A stretch of 64,000 bases of DNA from Candidatus Latescibacterota bacterium (GTDB lineage: Bacteria > Latescibacterota > UBA2968), in assembly GCA_965204745.1 (NCBI GenBank), contig OZ242010.1, forward strand, positions 2,688,001 to 2,752,000. The letters run 5' to 3'. Positions 49,428 to 58,734 of this stretch are shown piece by piece. The notes below the pieces were generated by a model that saw only the letters and a list, made by a program, of their open reading frames with translations, was not told where the DNA came from and searched no databases. The translations under genes were made by a program, and so were the position numbers. How positions within the stretch are numbered: the stretch's first letter is position 1; each line of letters begins with the position of its first letter.

Positions 49428-49916
49428 GTGGCAAAACAAACTGACTGGCCTCTCGATGCGGAGGTGCAGGCGATTGGCGAGGTGCGGGCAGTGGCGTTGC
49501 AGGCAGGCGGCGGTGGTTCGTTTGAGTTGTTGCTGGAGAACGGTGACATCCTGACCGCTGCCTTTACTGACAGAGAGGAGATGATCGTTACCAATGCCCT
49601 GCGCCTGCATAACAGTGTTTGGCTCGAGGTCAAGGGACTGGGCGCGTTTGACGACGCGGGCAAATTGAAGCACATCTCGCATTTGAAGCATTGCCAACAG
49701 GTCCCTGCGCTAGCTGTTCACTGCGAGGGGGATCAGCCGCTGAAGGACAGCCCGTCAAAAAAGGGAAATCCGCCTGTTTCCACGGGGCGATCAATTCTGA
49801 AAATGGTTGAAAAAATCCATCGATCCTCACCGAAAGGCACATGGGACGATGTGCCAATAGACCTCGGTCAAAATTGGCATGATTACAAGTATGGCAGGCG
49901 GGCTTTACCATTTTGA
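49428..49916 (+). CDS. Hypothetical protein with antitoxin-like C-terminus
   Basis: GTG start with AGGAGG RBS; ends WDDVPIDLGQNWHDYKYG. Confidence 0.5.
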   Translation: MAKQTDWPLDAEVQAIGEVRAVALQAGGGGSFELLLENGDILTAAFTDREEMIVTNALRLHNSVWLEVKGLGAFDDAGKLKHISHLKHCQQVPALAVHCEGDQPLKDSPSKKGNPPVSTGRSILKMVEKIHRSSPKGTWDDVPIDLGQNWHDYKYGRRALPF

Positions 49917-49936
49917 TGTGAACGGGATTATCATCC

Positions 49937-51373
49937 ATGAACTTAGACGAAATGCAAATCCAGTCGGTGGTCGAGCAGGTGGTGCGAAATCTCGTGGCAG
50001 GTGGCGCGCCGCCTGCGGTTATTGCACCGCCTGTGCGTTGTGAGAGCAAGGGCGATGAGGGCATCTTTGACGATCTCGAAGAAGCCATTGCCGCTGCGGT
50101 GGAAGCACAGCGTGCGTTGGAGGCCATGAGCTTGGATCAACGCCGGGACATCATCGCTGCGATTCGCCGCGAATCCCTGGCGCATTCAAAGGGCTTGGCG
50201 CAAAAGACCGTGGAAGAAACCGGCATGGGCAAAGTGCCGCACAAAATTCGCAAATTCGAGGTCGTGGCACAGCACACGCCCGGGGTCGAAGACCTGCATC
50301 CCATCGCTTGGACCGGGGACAATGGGCTGACGGTCGTGGAGATGGCGCCCTTTGGGGTGGTTGCAGCGGTCACGCCATCCACGCATCCGGTGCCCACGAT
50401 AGTCAACAATGCCATCAGCTTGATCGCAGCGGGCAACAGCGCGATTTTTGCCCCGCATCCGAGCGCGAAAAACGTTTCGCTGTTGGGTCTGCAAATGCTC
50501 AACCGCGCCATCGCAGGGGCCGGGGGGCCGCCCAATTTGCTCGTTGCGGTGCGCGAACCGAGTATCGAGACCGCGCAGGCCCTGTTTGTGCATCCAAGTG
50601 TGGATCTCGTGCTCGTCACCGGCGGGGGCGGCGTTGTCAAGGCGGCGATGCAGGCCCCCAAGCGCGTGATCGCCGCCGGGCCGGGCAATCCCCCGGTGGT
50701 GGTGGATGAGACCGCGGATATCGAAAAAGCCGCGCTCGGCATTGTCGAAGGCGGTGGTTTTGACAACAATATTCTCTGCATTGGGGAAAAGGAAGTTTTT
50801 GTGGTGCAATCCGTGGCCGACGAACTGACGCGCCACTTGAGCGCGAACCAGTGCGTGGTGCTCGACCGCAATCAGATCGATGCGCTGACGAAGATCGCGT
50901 TTCCCCGAGACGCGAAGGGCGATTGGTCGCTCAACCGCGAGTTGGTCGGGCGCAGTGCCCATGTGCTCGCAGCCCATATTGGGCTTAACGTGGCGCCGGA
51001 CACGGCGTTGTTGATCGGCGAAGTCGAAAACGAGTGCGATTTTGTGCAACACGAGCAGATGATGCCGTTCATCCCCATCGTTCGCACGCCGGATGTCCAC
51101 ACGGCGATTGATTGGGCGATCCGCGCGGAACAGGGGTATCGGCACACCGCGGTCATGCACTCGAAAAACGTGGAGAATATGACCATGATGGCGCGCCGCT
51201 GCAAGTGTACGATCTTCGTCAAAAACGGCGCGTCCGCCGCGGGATTGGGCGCCGGAGGCGAGGGTTATACGTCGTTCTCTATCGCCACGCCCACCGGCGA
51301 GGGTTGCACCTCTGCGCGCACCTTTACCCGCCAACGCCGCTGTGCCCTCATCGACTATTTCCGAATCGTATAG
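49937..51373 (+). CDS. CoA-acylating aldehyde dehydrogenase (EutE/PduP-like) with N-terminal encapsulation peptide
   Basis: TPSTHP, VTGGGGVV, AGPGNPP, NNILCIGEK, EQMMP, TPTGEG. Confidence 0.95.
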   Translation: MNLDEMQIQSVVEQVVRNLVAGGAPPAVIAPPVRCESKGDEGIFDDLEEAIAAAVEAQRALEAMSLDQRRDIIAAIRRESLAHSKGLAQKTVEETGMGKVPHKIRKFEVVAQHTPGVEDLHPIAWTGDNGLTVVEMAPFGVVAAVTPSTHPVPTIVNNAISLIAAGNSAIFAPHPSAKNVSLLGLQMLNRAIAGAGGPPNLLVAVREPSIETAQALFVHPSVDLVLVTGGGGVVKAAMQAPKRVIAAGPGNPPVVVDETADIEKAALGIVEGGGFDNNILCIGEKEVFVVQSVADELTRHLSANQCVVLDRNQIDALTKIAFPRDAKGDWSLNRELVGRSAHVLAAHIGLNVAPDTALLIGEVENECDFVQHEQMMPFIPIVRTPDVHTAIDWAIRAEQGYRHTAVMHSKNVENMTMMARRCKCTIFVKNGASAAGLGAGGEGYTSFSIATPTGEGCTSARTFTRQRRCALIDYFRIV

Positions 51374-51388
51374 CCCCGCGAGGAAGCT

Positions 51389-51652
51389 ATGTTTCTCGGT
51401 CGCGTTATCGGCAAAATTTGGGCCACGCGCAAAGACGCCGCGCTCAACGGAGTTCGGTTGCTCATCGTCGAACCCATCGACCACACGCACACACAGACCG
51501 GGGATGCGTTTGTGGCCGTGGCTGTGGTCAATGCCAGCGATGGCGAGATCATCTATTGGGTCGGTTCGCGGGAAGCGCCTAATGCCTTGCCCGATAAGTA
51601 CGGCCCGGTGGATGCCGCGGTTGTCGGCATTGTGGATCGGGTCAATGTATGA
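51389..51652 (+). CDS. BMC-P vertex protein
   Basis: GRVIGKIWATRK, PVDAAVVGIVD. Confidence 0.92.
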   Translation: MFLGRVIGKIWATRKDAALNGVRLLIVEPIDHTHTQTGDAFVAVAVVNASDGEIIYWVGSREAPNALPDKYGPVDAAVVGIVDRVNV

Positions 51653-51954
51653 GGGGTGAGATGGATAGCCACAAAAGGCACGAGCGGGGTACAACTGGCG
51701 ACAGCCAGTTCAAAACACAAAAGGGGTACAACTGGCGACAGCCAGTTCAAAGGCGAGCGATATGTGTAGGGGCGATGCCCTGTGCTCGCCCAAAGATACA
51801 AGACGTAAGACGTAAGACGTAAGACGTAAGAGGTGAGACGTGAGAAGGCCACCCAACCCAAAGGGCGATCACAGATGACGGGCGAAGAATGTAGGGGCGC
51901 GGCTCCTGTGCTTGCTTGAAGATACTGAGAGGTTGGCAAATAGGAGGCCACGCG

Positions 51955-52227
51955 ATGTTTTTGGCGCGCGTGCTCGGCAGTGTGACATCGACCATTAAGC
52001 ACGGGGATTACAACAGCGCGAAACTCATGGTCGTGCAACCCATCACGCCGGATGGCAAAGACGATGGCGCGTCTGCACTCGCAGTGGATTCCGCAGGCGT
52101 TGGGCGCGGCGAGACCGTTCTCGTGCTTCGACAAGGTGCTGCCGCGGCCCTGGTGCTCAATGTGGAATTGCCCGCCGTGCGTTCTGTGATTGTGGGGGTT
52201 GTCGATAGGATTGATTGGGTGGGGTAG
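51955..52227 (+). CDS. BMC-P vertex protein
   Basis: ARVLGSVTSTIK, AVDSAGVG.GE, IVGVVD. Confidence 0.92.
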   Translation: MFLARVLGSVTSTIKHGDYNSAKLMVVQPITPDGKDDGASALAVDSAGVGRGETVLVLRQGAAAALVLNVELPAVRSVIVGVVDRIDWVG

Positions 52228-52424
52228 TCAGTTGTCAGTAGTCAGTAGTCAGTTGTCAGTTGTCAGTTCCCTCGCCCGGCCCCATCAATCGTAGGGACAG
52301 GCCCCCGTGCTTGTCTTCGCACCCAATCCCAAAAGCAGTTGTCAGTCCGCACCAAGCCTTGCTTTCGTCCGCTTTTATCCGTTTTTATTCGCGTTCATCT
52401 GTGGTTGCTTTTCAGGACTTTATC

Positions 52425-53249
52425 ATGAATCTGCATCGAGCCAAAATGGATATTGTCGAAGCCGGTCGCCGCGTGTACGAGCGCGGTTTTGTCGCTTCTA
52501 ATGACGGCAATATCTCGTGTCGAATTGAAGAAGACCGCATTCTCACCACGCCGACGGGCATGTCCAAGGGCTTTCTCAAACTCGAAGACCTGTGCATCGT
52601 GGATATGGATGGCGCGCTCGTCAGCGGTCAGCGGCGTCCGTCCTCTGAGATTGGCATGCACATTTTTTTGTATTGCCAACGTCCGGACGTGCGCGCTGTG
52701 GTTCACGCACATCCGCCGACCGCGACGGGTTTTGCAGTTGCAGGCGTGCCCCTGACCGCGTGCGTGTTGCCCGAGGTGGTGATTACGCTCGGCGCCATTC
52801 CCATTGCGGAATACGGCACCCCGGGCGGGCCGGAGATTTCCGAACCCATCCGGCAATACGTCATGGATTACGACGCGTATTTGCTGGAAAATCACGGCGC
52901 GACCACCATTGGCGCGGACGTGATGAACGCCTATTACAAAATGGAGACGTTGGAACATTTTGCGAAGATTCTGTTTGTGGCAAAACAACTCGGGGGGTAC
53001 AACGAGCTCGATGCAGAACAGGTCGCCAAACTGGTCGCCATCCGCGACCGCATGGGCCTGCGCGGCCCGGATCCTGCTTGCGATATTCCGGATGCGTCGC
53101 CAACGCAACCCGCATCTGACGACGCCATTCCCACGATTCGCACGTTGAGCGCGGGCGGATCCCCCCCTGACCAAACACCACAAGCCGATCTCGTCGCGGA
53201 AATCACGCGCAGGGTTATGGCAGAATTAAAAACCGGAGACGCACGATGA
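52425..53249 (+). CDS. Class II aldolase (FucA/RhaD-like) with C-terminal encapsulation peptide
   Basis: DGNIS, TPTG, PSSE..MH, VVHAHP, LLENHG; C-terminal LVAEITRRVMAEL. Confidence 0.93.
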   Translation: MNLHRAKMDIVEAGRRVYERGFVASNDGNISCRIEEDRILTTPTGMSKGFLKLEDLCIVDMDGALVSGQRRPSSEIGMHIFLYCQRPDVRAVVHAHPPTATGFAVAGVPLTACVLPEVVITLGAIPIAEYGTPGGPEISEPIRQYVMDYDAYLLENHGATTIGADVMNAYYKMETLEHFAKILFVAKQLGGYNELDAEQVAKLVAIRDRMGLRGPDPACDIPDASPTQPASDDAIPTIRTLSAGGSPPDQTPQADLVAEITRRVMAELKTGDAR

Positions 53250-53515
53250 CAAAGGATGCAATCTGGAGAGATCGAATCGTCAAAGACCCGCTGATACTGG
53301 CCGGCAAACCCACGGTAAAAGGCACGCGAATCTCGGTGGAACTGATCGTGGAACTGCTGGATGGGGGCCGAAGCGAAGCCGACATCATTCGCATGTATTC
53401 GCACATTACCCCGGAAGACATCCGGGCGTGTCGAGAGTACGCCGCCACCGGCGCGAAGTTGTCCAATGTGACTTGGGCAGATATTGACGCGATGATGGAT
53501 GGCAGGCGAAAATAA
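53246..53515 (+). CDS. DUF433 antitoxin-like protein
   Basis: GKPTVKGTRISV, ITPEDIRAC..YA. Confidence 0.9.
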   Translation: MTKDAIWRDRIVKDPLILAGKPTVKGTRISVELIVELLDGGRSEADIIRMYSHITPEDIRACREYAATGAKLSNVTWADIDAMMDGRRK

Positions 53516-53541
53516 AAAATTGAAGAAAGGAGAACCCCGAA

Positions 53542-53772
53542 ATGGCTATGGCAACAATCTCGATTCAAGTGGATGAAGAGGCCGCGAAAGCCTATACCGA
53601 GGTGTCGCCCCAAGAGCGACGCAAAATAGAGTGTCTGCTACGCCTTCGCCTCCAAGACCTCACGCTTAGGCCGAGACGATCTTTGAAAGCAGTGATGGAT
53701 GAAATCGGACAACAGGCAGAAGCCCGCGGGCTGACCCCGGAACTTGTGGAGTCTTTACTCAATGACGAGTGA
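53542..53772 (+). CDS. Small antitoxin-like protein
   Basis: MDEIGQQAEARGLTPEL; followed by a truncated PIN-like start (MTSDLRIVF). Confidence 0.7.
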   Translation: MAMATISIQVDEEAAKAYTEVSPQERRKIECLLRLRLQDLTLRPRRSLKAVMDEIGQQAEARGLTPELVESLLNDE

Positions 53773-53789
53773 TTTGCGGATCGTTTTTA

Positions 53790-54170
53790 CTGACGTTCCG
53801 CAGTTCAAATAAGGCATCCCAACAAGTGCCCTCGCAAAACACCCTCAGATCAAACCATCACGCACAGCGCGCAAGGCCGTCTCGCAACCAACGTCCATCT
53901 GGCAACCCACCTTGCAGGCTGACGCATGTCGTTCTGTTACAAAAGCGATTTGCGCTGTGCAAGCCCCTCGGCGTTTGAGAGCGGCATTTTTGAACTGCTG
54001 GGGCAGTTGTACCCCGCTCGCTTACTTTTTTTTGCTGTTGAAAAAAAGTAGGTCGCCGAAGGCATCAAAGGCAACCAACGAGGCTGTAGGACCAAACGCC
54101 TTAAATCAGCAAACAACACATTTGCTACTCTGTGCGTAACGTTAAAAAAATAAAATGTCAACACACCCTA
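53790..54170 (+). mobile_element. Partial second copy of the IS5-derived MITE
   Basis: Colinear with 43630-43997, same right end AAATGTCAACAC..CCTA. Confidence 0.75.
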
Positions 54171-54224
54171 GTATAAGACCTGTATCGGATTCCTTTTTGA
54201 TCGGTCAACAGGAGGTCAAAATTC

Positions 54225-55520
54225 ATGGCTGAAAAATCCTTGCCGAATATCATTTACATCCTGTCGGACGATCTCGGGTATGGGGATTTGGGGTGTTTTG
54301 GTCAGGAGTTGATTTATACGCCGCATATCGACCGCATTGCCGCCGAGGGCATTCGCTTTACGGATCACTACGCCGGATCTTCGGTTTGCGCGCCGTCGCG
54401 GTGCGTGCTCATGACCGGGTTGCACACGGGGCATTGTTATGTGCGCGACAACCGCAGATTGCCGATTGAGGGCAATGTCCCCATCCCATGCGACACGCAG
54501 ACGACTGCCAAGTTGCTCAGAGGGGCCGGGTATGCCACCGCTTGCATTGGCAAATGGGGATTGGGGTATCCCGGTTCGGAGGGCGATCCCAACAATCAGG
54601 GCTTCGATCACTTTTTTGGGTACAACTGCCAGCGCGAAGCCCACACGTATTACCCGCAGCACCTGTGGCGAAACGATAAAAAAATCATGCTCTACGGCAA
54701 CTCGTATTCCCACGACTTGCTCACGAGCGAGGCATTGCAATTTGTGCGCGACCAACAGGCCAATCCGTTTTTCCTGTACTTGGCGTACACCATTCCGCAC
54801 ACGCGGTTTGAAATTCCATCGCTCGACATTTACAAAGACAGGCCCTGGACGGAAGATCAGAAAACGCAGGCCGCGATGATCACGCGCATGGACCGCGACA
54901 TCGGCACGCTGTTGGAGATGCTGGACGAACTCGGCATTGCCGAAAACACGCTGGTGATTTTTACGAGCGACAATGGGCCGCACGGCGTTGGCAACACGCT
55001 CGAACACTTCACTGCGGCCGGCCCGTTGCGCGCGAGAAAGGGCAGCCTGTATGAGGGCGGCATCCGCGTGCCCTTTGTCGCACGGTGGCCGGGGACGATC
55101 TCACCCGGCACGACGAGTGCTCATCCATCGGGATTTCAGGACATGCTACCCACGTTCTGCGAACTGGCCGACGCGTCCATTCCCGAACCCGTGGATGGCA
55201 TCTCGATGGTGTCCGCGCTTACGGGCCGCGATGACCAGCGCGAACGCGATTTTCTCTATTGGGAGCGGCGCGGTGCCAGCGCGGTTCGCCTGGGCGATTG
55301 GAAGGCGTATTTGCCCGAGGGCCATACCAATCCCGAAGGGCGCGTTGAACTCTACGATTTGGCAACGGATATCGGCGAGCAAAACGACCTCGCAACGGAC
55401 CATCCCGATCTCGTTTCAGAAATCCGAACCATCGTTCGAGAATCACATCGGGACACGCCTTGGGAAACATGGGCATACACCGGCCCGATTCCCAATGAAT
55501 ACGGCACCGTGGTTTATTGA
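54225..55520 (+). CDS. Arylsulfatase-family sulfatase
   Basis: SDDLGYGD, CAPSR (CxPxR), GKWGLG, FTSDNG, YEGGIRVP. Confidence 0.95.
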   Translation: MAEKSLPNIIYILSDDLGYGDLGCFGQELIYTPHIDRIAAEGIRFTDHYAGSSVCAPSRCVLMTGLHTGHCYVRDNRRLPIEGNVPIPCDTQTTAKLLRGAGYATACIGKWGLGYPGSEGDPNNQGFDHFFGYNCQREAHTYYPQHLWRNDKKIMLYGNSYSHDLLTSEALQFVRDQQANPFFLYLAYTIPHTRFEIPSLDIYKDRPWTEDQKTQAAMITRMDRDIGTLLEMLDELGIAENTLVIFTSDNGPHGVGNTLEHFTAAGPLRARKGSLYEGGIRVPFVARWPGTISPGTTSAHPSGFQDMLPTFCELADASIPEPVDGISMVSALTGRDDQRERDFLYWERRGASAVRLGDWKAYLPEGHTNPEGRVELYDLATDIGEQNDLATDHPDLVSEIRTIVRESHRDTPWETWAYTGPIPNEYGTVVY

Positions 55521-56014
55521 TCAGGTTCAGGTGAGGCATCGTCATTGGCTTCGCGCAAGGCTTCTAACTCGGGTAAAATCAGGTGATCCTTTGGGCGGTC
55601 AGCAGCGCGTTTGGCCTCGATCAATGCTTCGAGGGAAAGCACGGCGCACGCCACCCCAAAAAGCGCGACAGAGATAGATGAAGCCGACACCTGTTCAAAA
55701 TCTCCAAGACCTGCGACTTCGCCCAATAGGTCTATATCGCCTAGATCTGTTTTGAGCGTAAAATTCAAACCGCGGCGCAGGGTTATTGCATCCCAAAAAA
55801 ATGGCACGGCGTCCGGTACACCTCGCAACGCGGGATGGTATGGCGCCAATGCTTTTACCAACCGCGCCAAATTCTCTCCATCGCGGCGATAACAAATGTC
55901 GAGATCGTAAGTCACATAAGCCGAACCGTGAATTGTCGCTGCCACGCCTCCAATGATCACAAATTCGACTTGATTATTTGCGAGGCAGAGGATGAGTTTT
56001 TTGAGATTAACCAT
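55514..56014 (-). CDS. Nucleotidyltransferase (AbiEii/DUF6036-like)
   Basis: IIGGVAA..HG...T.DLD, KRAADRPKD. Confidence 0.8.
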   Translation of the reverse strand: MVNLKKLILCLANNQVEFVIIGGVAATIHGSAYVTYDLDICYRRDGENLARLVKALAPYHPALRGVPDAVPFFWDAITLRRGLNFTLKTDLGDIDLLGEVAGLGDFEQVSASSISVALFGVACAVLSLEALIEAKRAADRPKDHLILPELEALREANDDASPEPDQ

Positions 56015-56023
56015 GGGATTTTC

Positions 56024-56212
56024 CTACTTTTCTGCGCTACCGCGGATTTGATCGAGGGCGATCATCTCTCGTTGCAGGCGCGACACCCGTTCTTCGGCCG
56101 TGAGGCGCAATCGCTCGATGAGCAACGTGAGGTCGATGCCAAAATCGCGTGCTCGCGCAATCGCGCTGTTTGGCCGAGGATTTCGCAACCGTTCTTCTGC
56201 TGAAGGGTTCAC
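56024..56212 (-). CDS. Small partner protein of the nucleotidyltransferase
   Basis: GIDLTLLIERLRLTAEER. Confidence 0.65.
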   Translation of the reverse strand: MNPSAEERLRNPRPNSAIARARDFGIDLTLLIERLRLTAEERVSRLQREMIALDQIRGSAEK

Positions 56213-56329
56213 CGTTCGCTCCTTTTGTTGGGGCGAATAATTGCCCCAACAATATATCCCCGCGCCCTAAAAGGGCAAGGGTCTTACGGGCTATTTAGAT
56301 AACAAGGCAGAGTAGAAAACGAACAACCG

Positions 56330-57538
56330 ATGTCTCATCACAAAGCGACCATCGTTATCTTTTGCAGTGCCCTCATCGTGTTCATCAGCATGGGCATTCG
56401 TCAATCCTTTGGCCTTTTTTTAACGCCGATCAGCCGAGACCTCGGCATTGGGCGCGAAGTGTTTAGCCTTGCCATCGCTTGGCAAAACCTCATTTTCGGC
56501 CTGCCCGTATTGGGCATTGTCGCCGATTATTTTGGACCGCGATGGGTCGTTGCTGGCGGCGCGTTGCTCTACGCCATTTGTTTCTATTTGCTATCTTCGA
56601 TCAGCACGCCTTGGGGCCTCTACGCTGTGCTCGGCGCGCTGATGGGCATTGCCCTGAGCAGCATCTCCTATGTCGTAATCCTCGGCGCGGTCGCTCGGGT
56701 TGTGCCCCCGGAAAAACGCGCCTCGCGGTTTGGGCTTATCACGGCGGCCGGTTCTTTTGGCACTTTCGCGCTCGTGCCCGGCGTGCAAGGGCTCATTTCC
56801 CACTTGGGCTGGCAATCCTCATTTGCTTTTATCGCGCTGATCGCGGGCGCGATTGCTTTTTTGTGCGTGGGGCTTCCGCAGGGGAACAGCGCGCAAAATC
56901 GGCACGCCACCACCGAATCCGGCGGCCTGCTTCACGCCCTGCATCAGGCGCGCGCCCATTCGGGATATTGGTTGCTCAATGCGGGCTTTTTTGTGTGTGG
57001 ATTTCACGTCGCATTTATCGCCACCCACCTGCCCGCATTTTTGACGGATCACGATCTTTCAAAAATGGCCGGCGCGACCGCGTTATCCCTCATTGGCCTG
57101 TTCAACATTTTTGGTTCCTATCTTTCGGGCGTACTCGGCGACAGGTACCGCAAAAAGTACCTTTTGAGTTTGCTCTATTTGGGGCGCGCCCTCGTCATCG
57201 GCGGGTTCCTCGTCGTCCCTGTCACCACCACTTCTGCCCTGGTATTTGGCGGGTTTATTGGCTTCTTGTGGCTCGCAACCGTTCCCCTGACCAGCGGCAC
57301 TGTCGCGCAGATTTTTGGGGCGCGCTATCTCTCCACCCTGTACGGCATTGTCTTTTTTAGCCACCAGATCGGTAGTTTTGCAGGCGTGTGGCTAGCAGGG
57401 CGCGTGTATGACGCCACGGGTTCTTACGACATCATCTGGATCGCCGCCATTCTGTTGAGCCTGACGTCGTCCCTCGTCCATCTGCCCATTGCCGACAAAC
57501 CCGTTCAAAAGCTCGAACCCGTTGGGGCGTTCTCATGA
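56330..57538 (+). CDS. MFS transporter
   Basis: About 12 TM; GIRQSFGLF, FFVCGFH, SHQIGSF. Confidence 0.92.
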   Translation: MSHHKATIVIFCSALIVFISMGIRQSFGLFLTPISRDLGIGREVFSLAIAWQNLIFGLPVLGIVADYFGPRWVVAGGALLYAICFYLLSSISTPWGLYAVLGALMGIALSSISYVVILGAVARVVPPEKRASRFGLITAAGSFGTFALVPGVQGLISHLGWQSSFAFIALIAGAIAFLCVGLPQGNSAQNRHATTESGGLLHALHQARAHSGYWLLNAGFFVCGFHVAFIATHLPAFLTDHDLSKMAGATALSLIGLFNIFGSYLSGVLGDRYRKKYLLSLLYLGRALVIGGFLVVPVTTTSALVFGGFIGFLWLATVPLTSGTVAQIFGARYLSTLYGIVFFSHQIGSFAGVWLAGRVYDATGSYDIIWIAAILLSLTSSLVHLPIADKPVQKLEPVGAFS

Positions 57539-58734
57539 AAATTCTCATTGCAAATGCCGGCTCCACGTCGTTTAAGTACCGCTTGTTTGACATGGGCGAC
57601 GAGTCGGTTCTCGCGGAGGGGCGTCTCGAGCGGATTGGCGATGCAATGTCGCCGGTTGCCCATCGCACAGCCGAAGGCGCGGTTGAGACCGAGCAACATT
57701 TGCCGAACTATGCTGCTGCGGTGCGCGCGGTGATCGCCCGCCTCACAGATGCCCGCACAGGCGTACTCGCGGATTTGTCCGAGCTCGACGCGGTCGGATT
57801 TAAGACCGTTCACCTGCGCGGCAAAGCGGGGACGCATCTCCTCACCGAGGAGATTTTGCAGCGCATGGCGGACTACAACACCCTCGCGCCGGCGCACAAC
57901 CCGCCCTATATCCAAGCCATTCGCATTTTCGCCCAAGACCATCCCGACCTGCCCCTCATCGGCCTGTTTGAATCCGCGTTTCACAACACCATCCCGGACT
58001 ACGCCTATATTTACAGCACGCCCTACGCCTGGTACGAAAAATACGGGGTTCGCAAATACGGATTTCACGGCGCGTCCCATCGCTATGTGGCCCAACGCAC
58101 AGCGCAGTTGCTCGACCGGGATGATCTGCGCCTCGTATCGTGCCATCTCGGGGGGAGTTCCTCTCTGTGTGCGATTCGCAACGGGCAGTCTATCGACACG
58201 TCTATGGGCTTTTCGCCGCAACACGGGATTATCAACAGCACGCGCATTGGAACGATTGACGCATTCGCGCTTCCCTATATTATGGAACGCGAAAACCTGT
58301 CGCCCGAGGAGATGGCGCACGTCCTATCCGAAGAAAGCGGCCTGCTCGGGATTTCGGGCATCAGCGGGGATGTGCGCGACCTTGAAGCCGCGGCGCAAAG
58401 GGGGCACGACCGCGCGCGCCTGGCCCTCGAGGCATTTTGTTATGGCGTCAAAAAAGAGATCGGCGCGTGCGCGGCAGCACTCGGCGGCCTCGATGCCATC
58501 GCGTTTGCCGGAGGCATTGGGGAACGCGGCGCGAACGCACGCCAACGCATTTGCACGGGCCTCGAATCCATGGGCGTTCACCTCGACCCATCGACAAATG
58601 CCAATCCACCCGCAGAGGGCATGATTTCAACGCCCAACAGCGATGTCGCCATCCTGATCATCCAAACCGACGAAGAACGCATCGTCGCCCGCGCAACGGT
58701 GGAATACTTGAAAGAGAGAAAGGATCACCCATGA
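57535..58734 (+). CDS. ackA: Acetate/propionate kinase
   Basis: NAGSTSFK, APAHNP, YGFHGASH, CHLGG, AGGIGE, TDEE. Confidence 0.93.
   Translation: MKILIANAGSTSFKYRLFDMGDESVLAEGRLERIGDAMSPVAHRTAEGAVETEQHLPNYAAAVRAVIARLTDARTGVLADLSELDAVGFKTVHLRGKAGTHLLTEEILQRMADYNTLAPAHNPPYIQAIRIFAQDHPDLPLIGLFESAFHNTIPDYAYIYSTPYAWYEKYGVRKYGFHGASHRYVAQRTAQLLDRDDLRLVSCHLGGSSSLCAIRNGQSIDTSMGFSPQHGIINSTRIGTIDAFALPYIMERENLSPEEMAHVLSEESGLLGISGISGDVRDLEAAAQRGHDRARLALEAFCYGVKKEIGACAAALGGLDAIAFAGGIGERGANARQRICTGLESMGVHLDPSTNANPPAEGMISTPNSDVAILIIQTDEERIVARATVEYLKERKDHP

Noticed and set aside
51687-51751. Two 29-bp direct repeats with internal hairpin, CRISPR-like
   Set aside because: Only two copies, ~7-bp spacer, no cas genes; the motif is part of the dispersed intergenic repeat family
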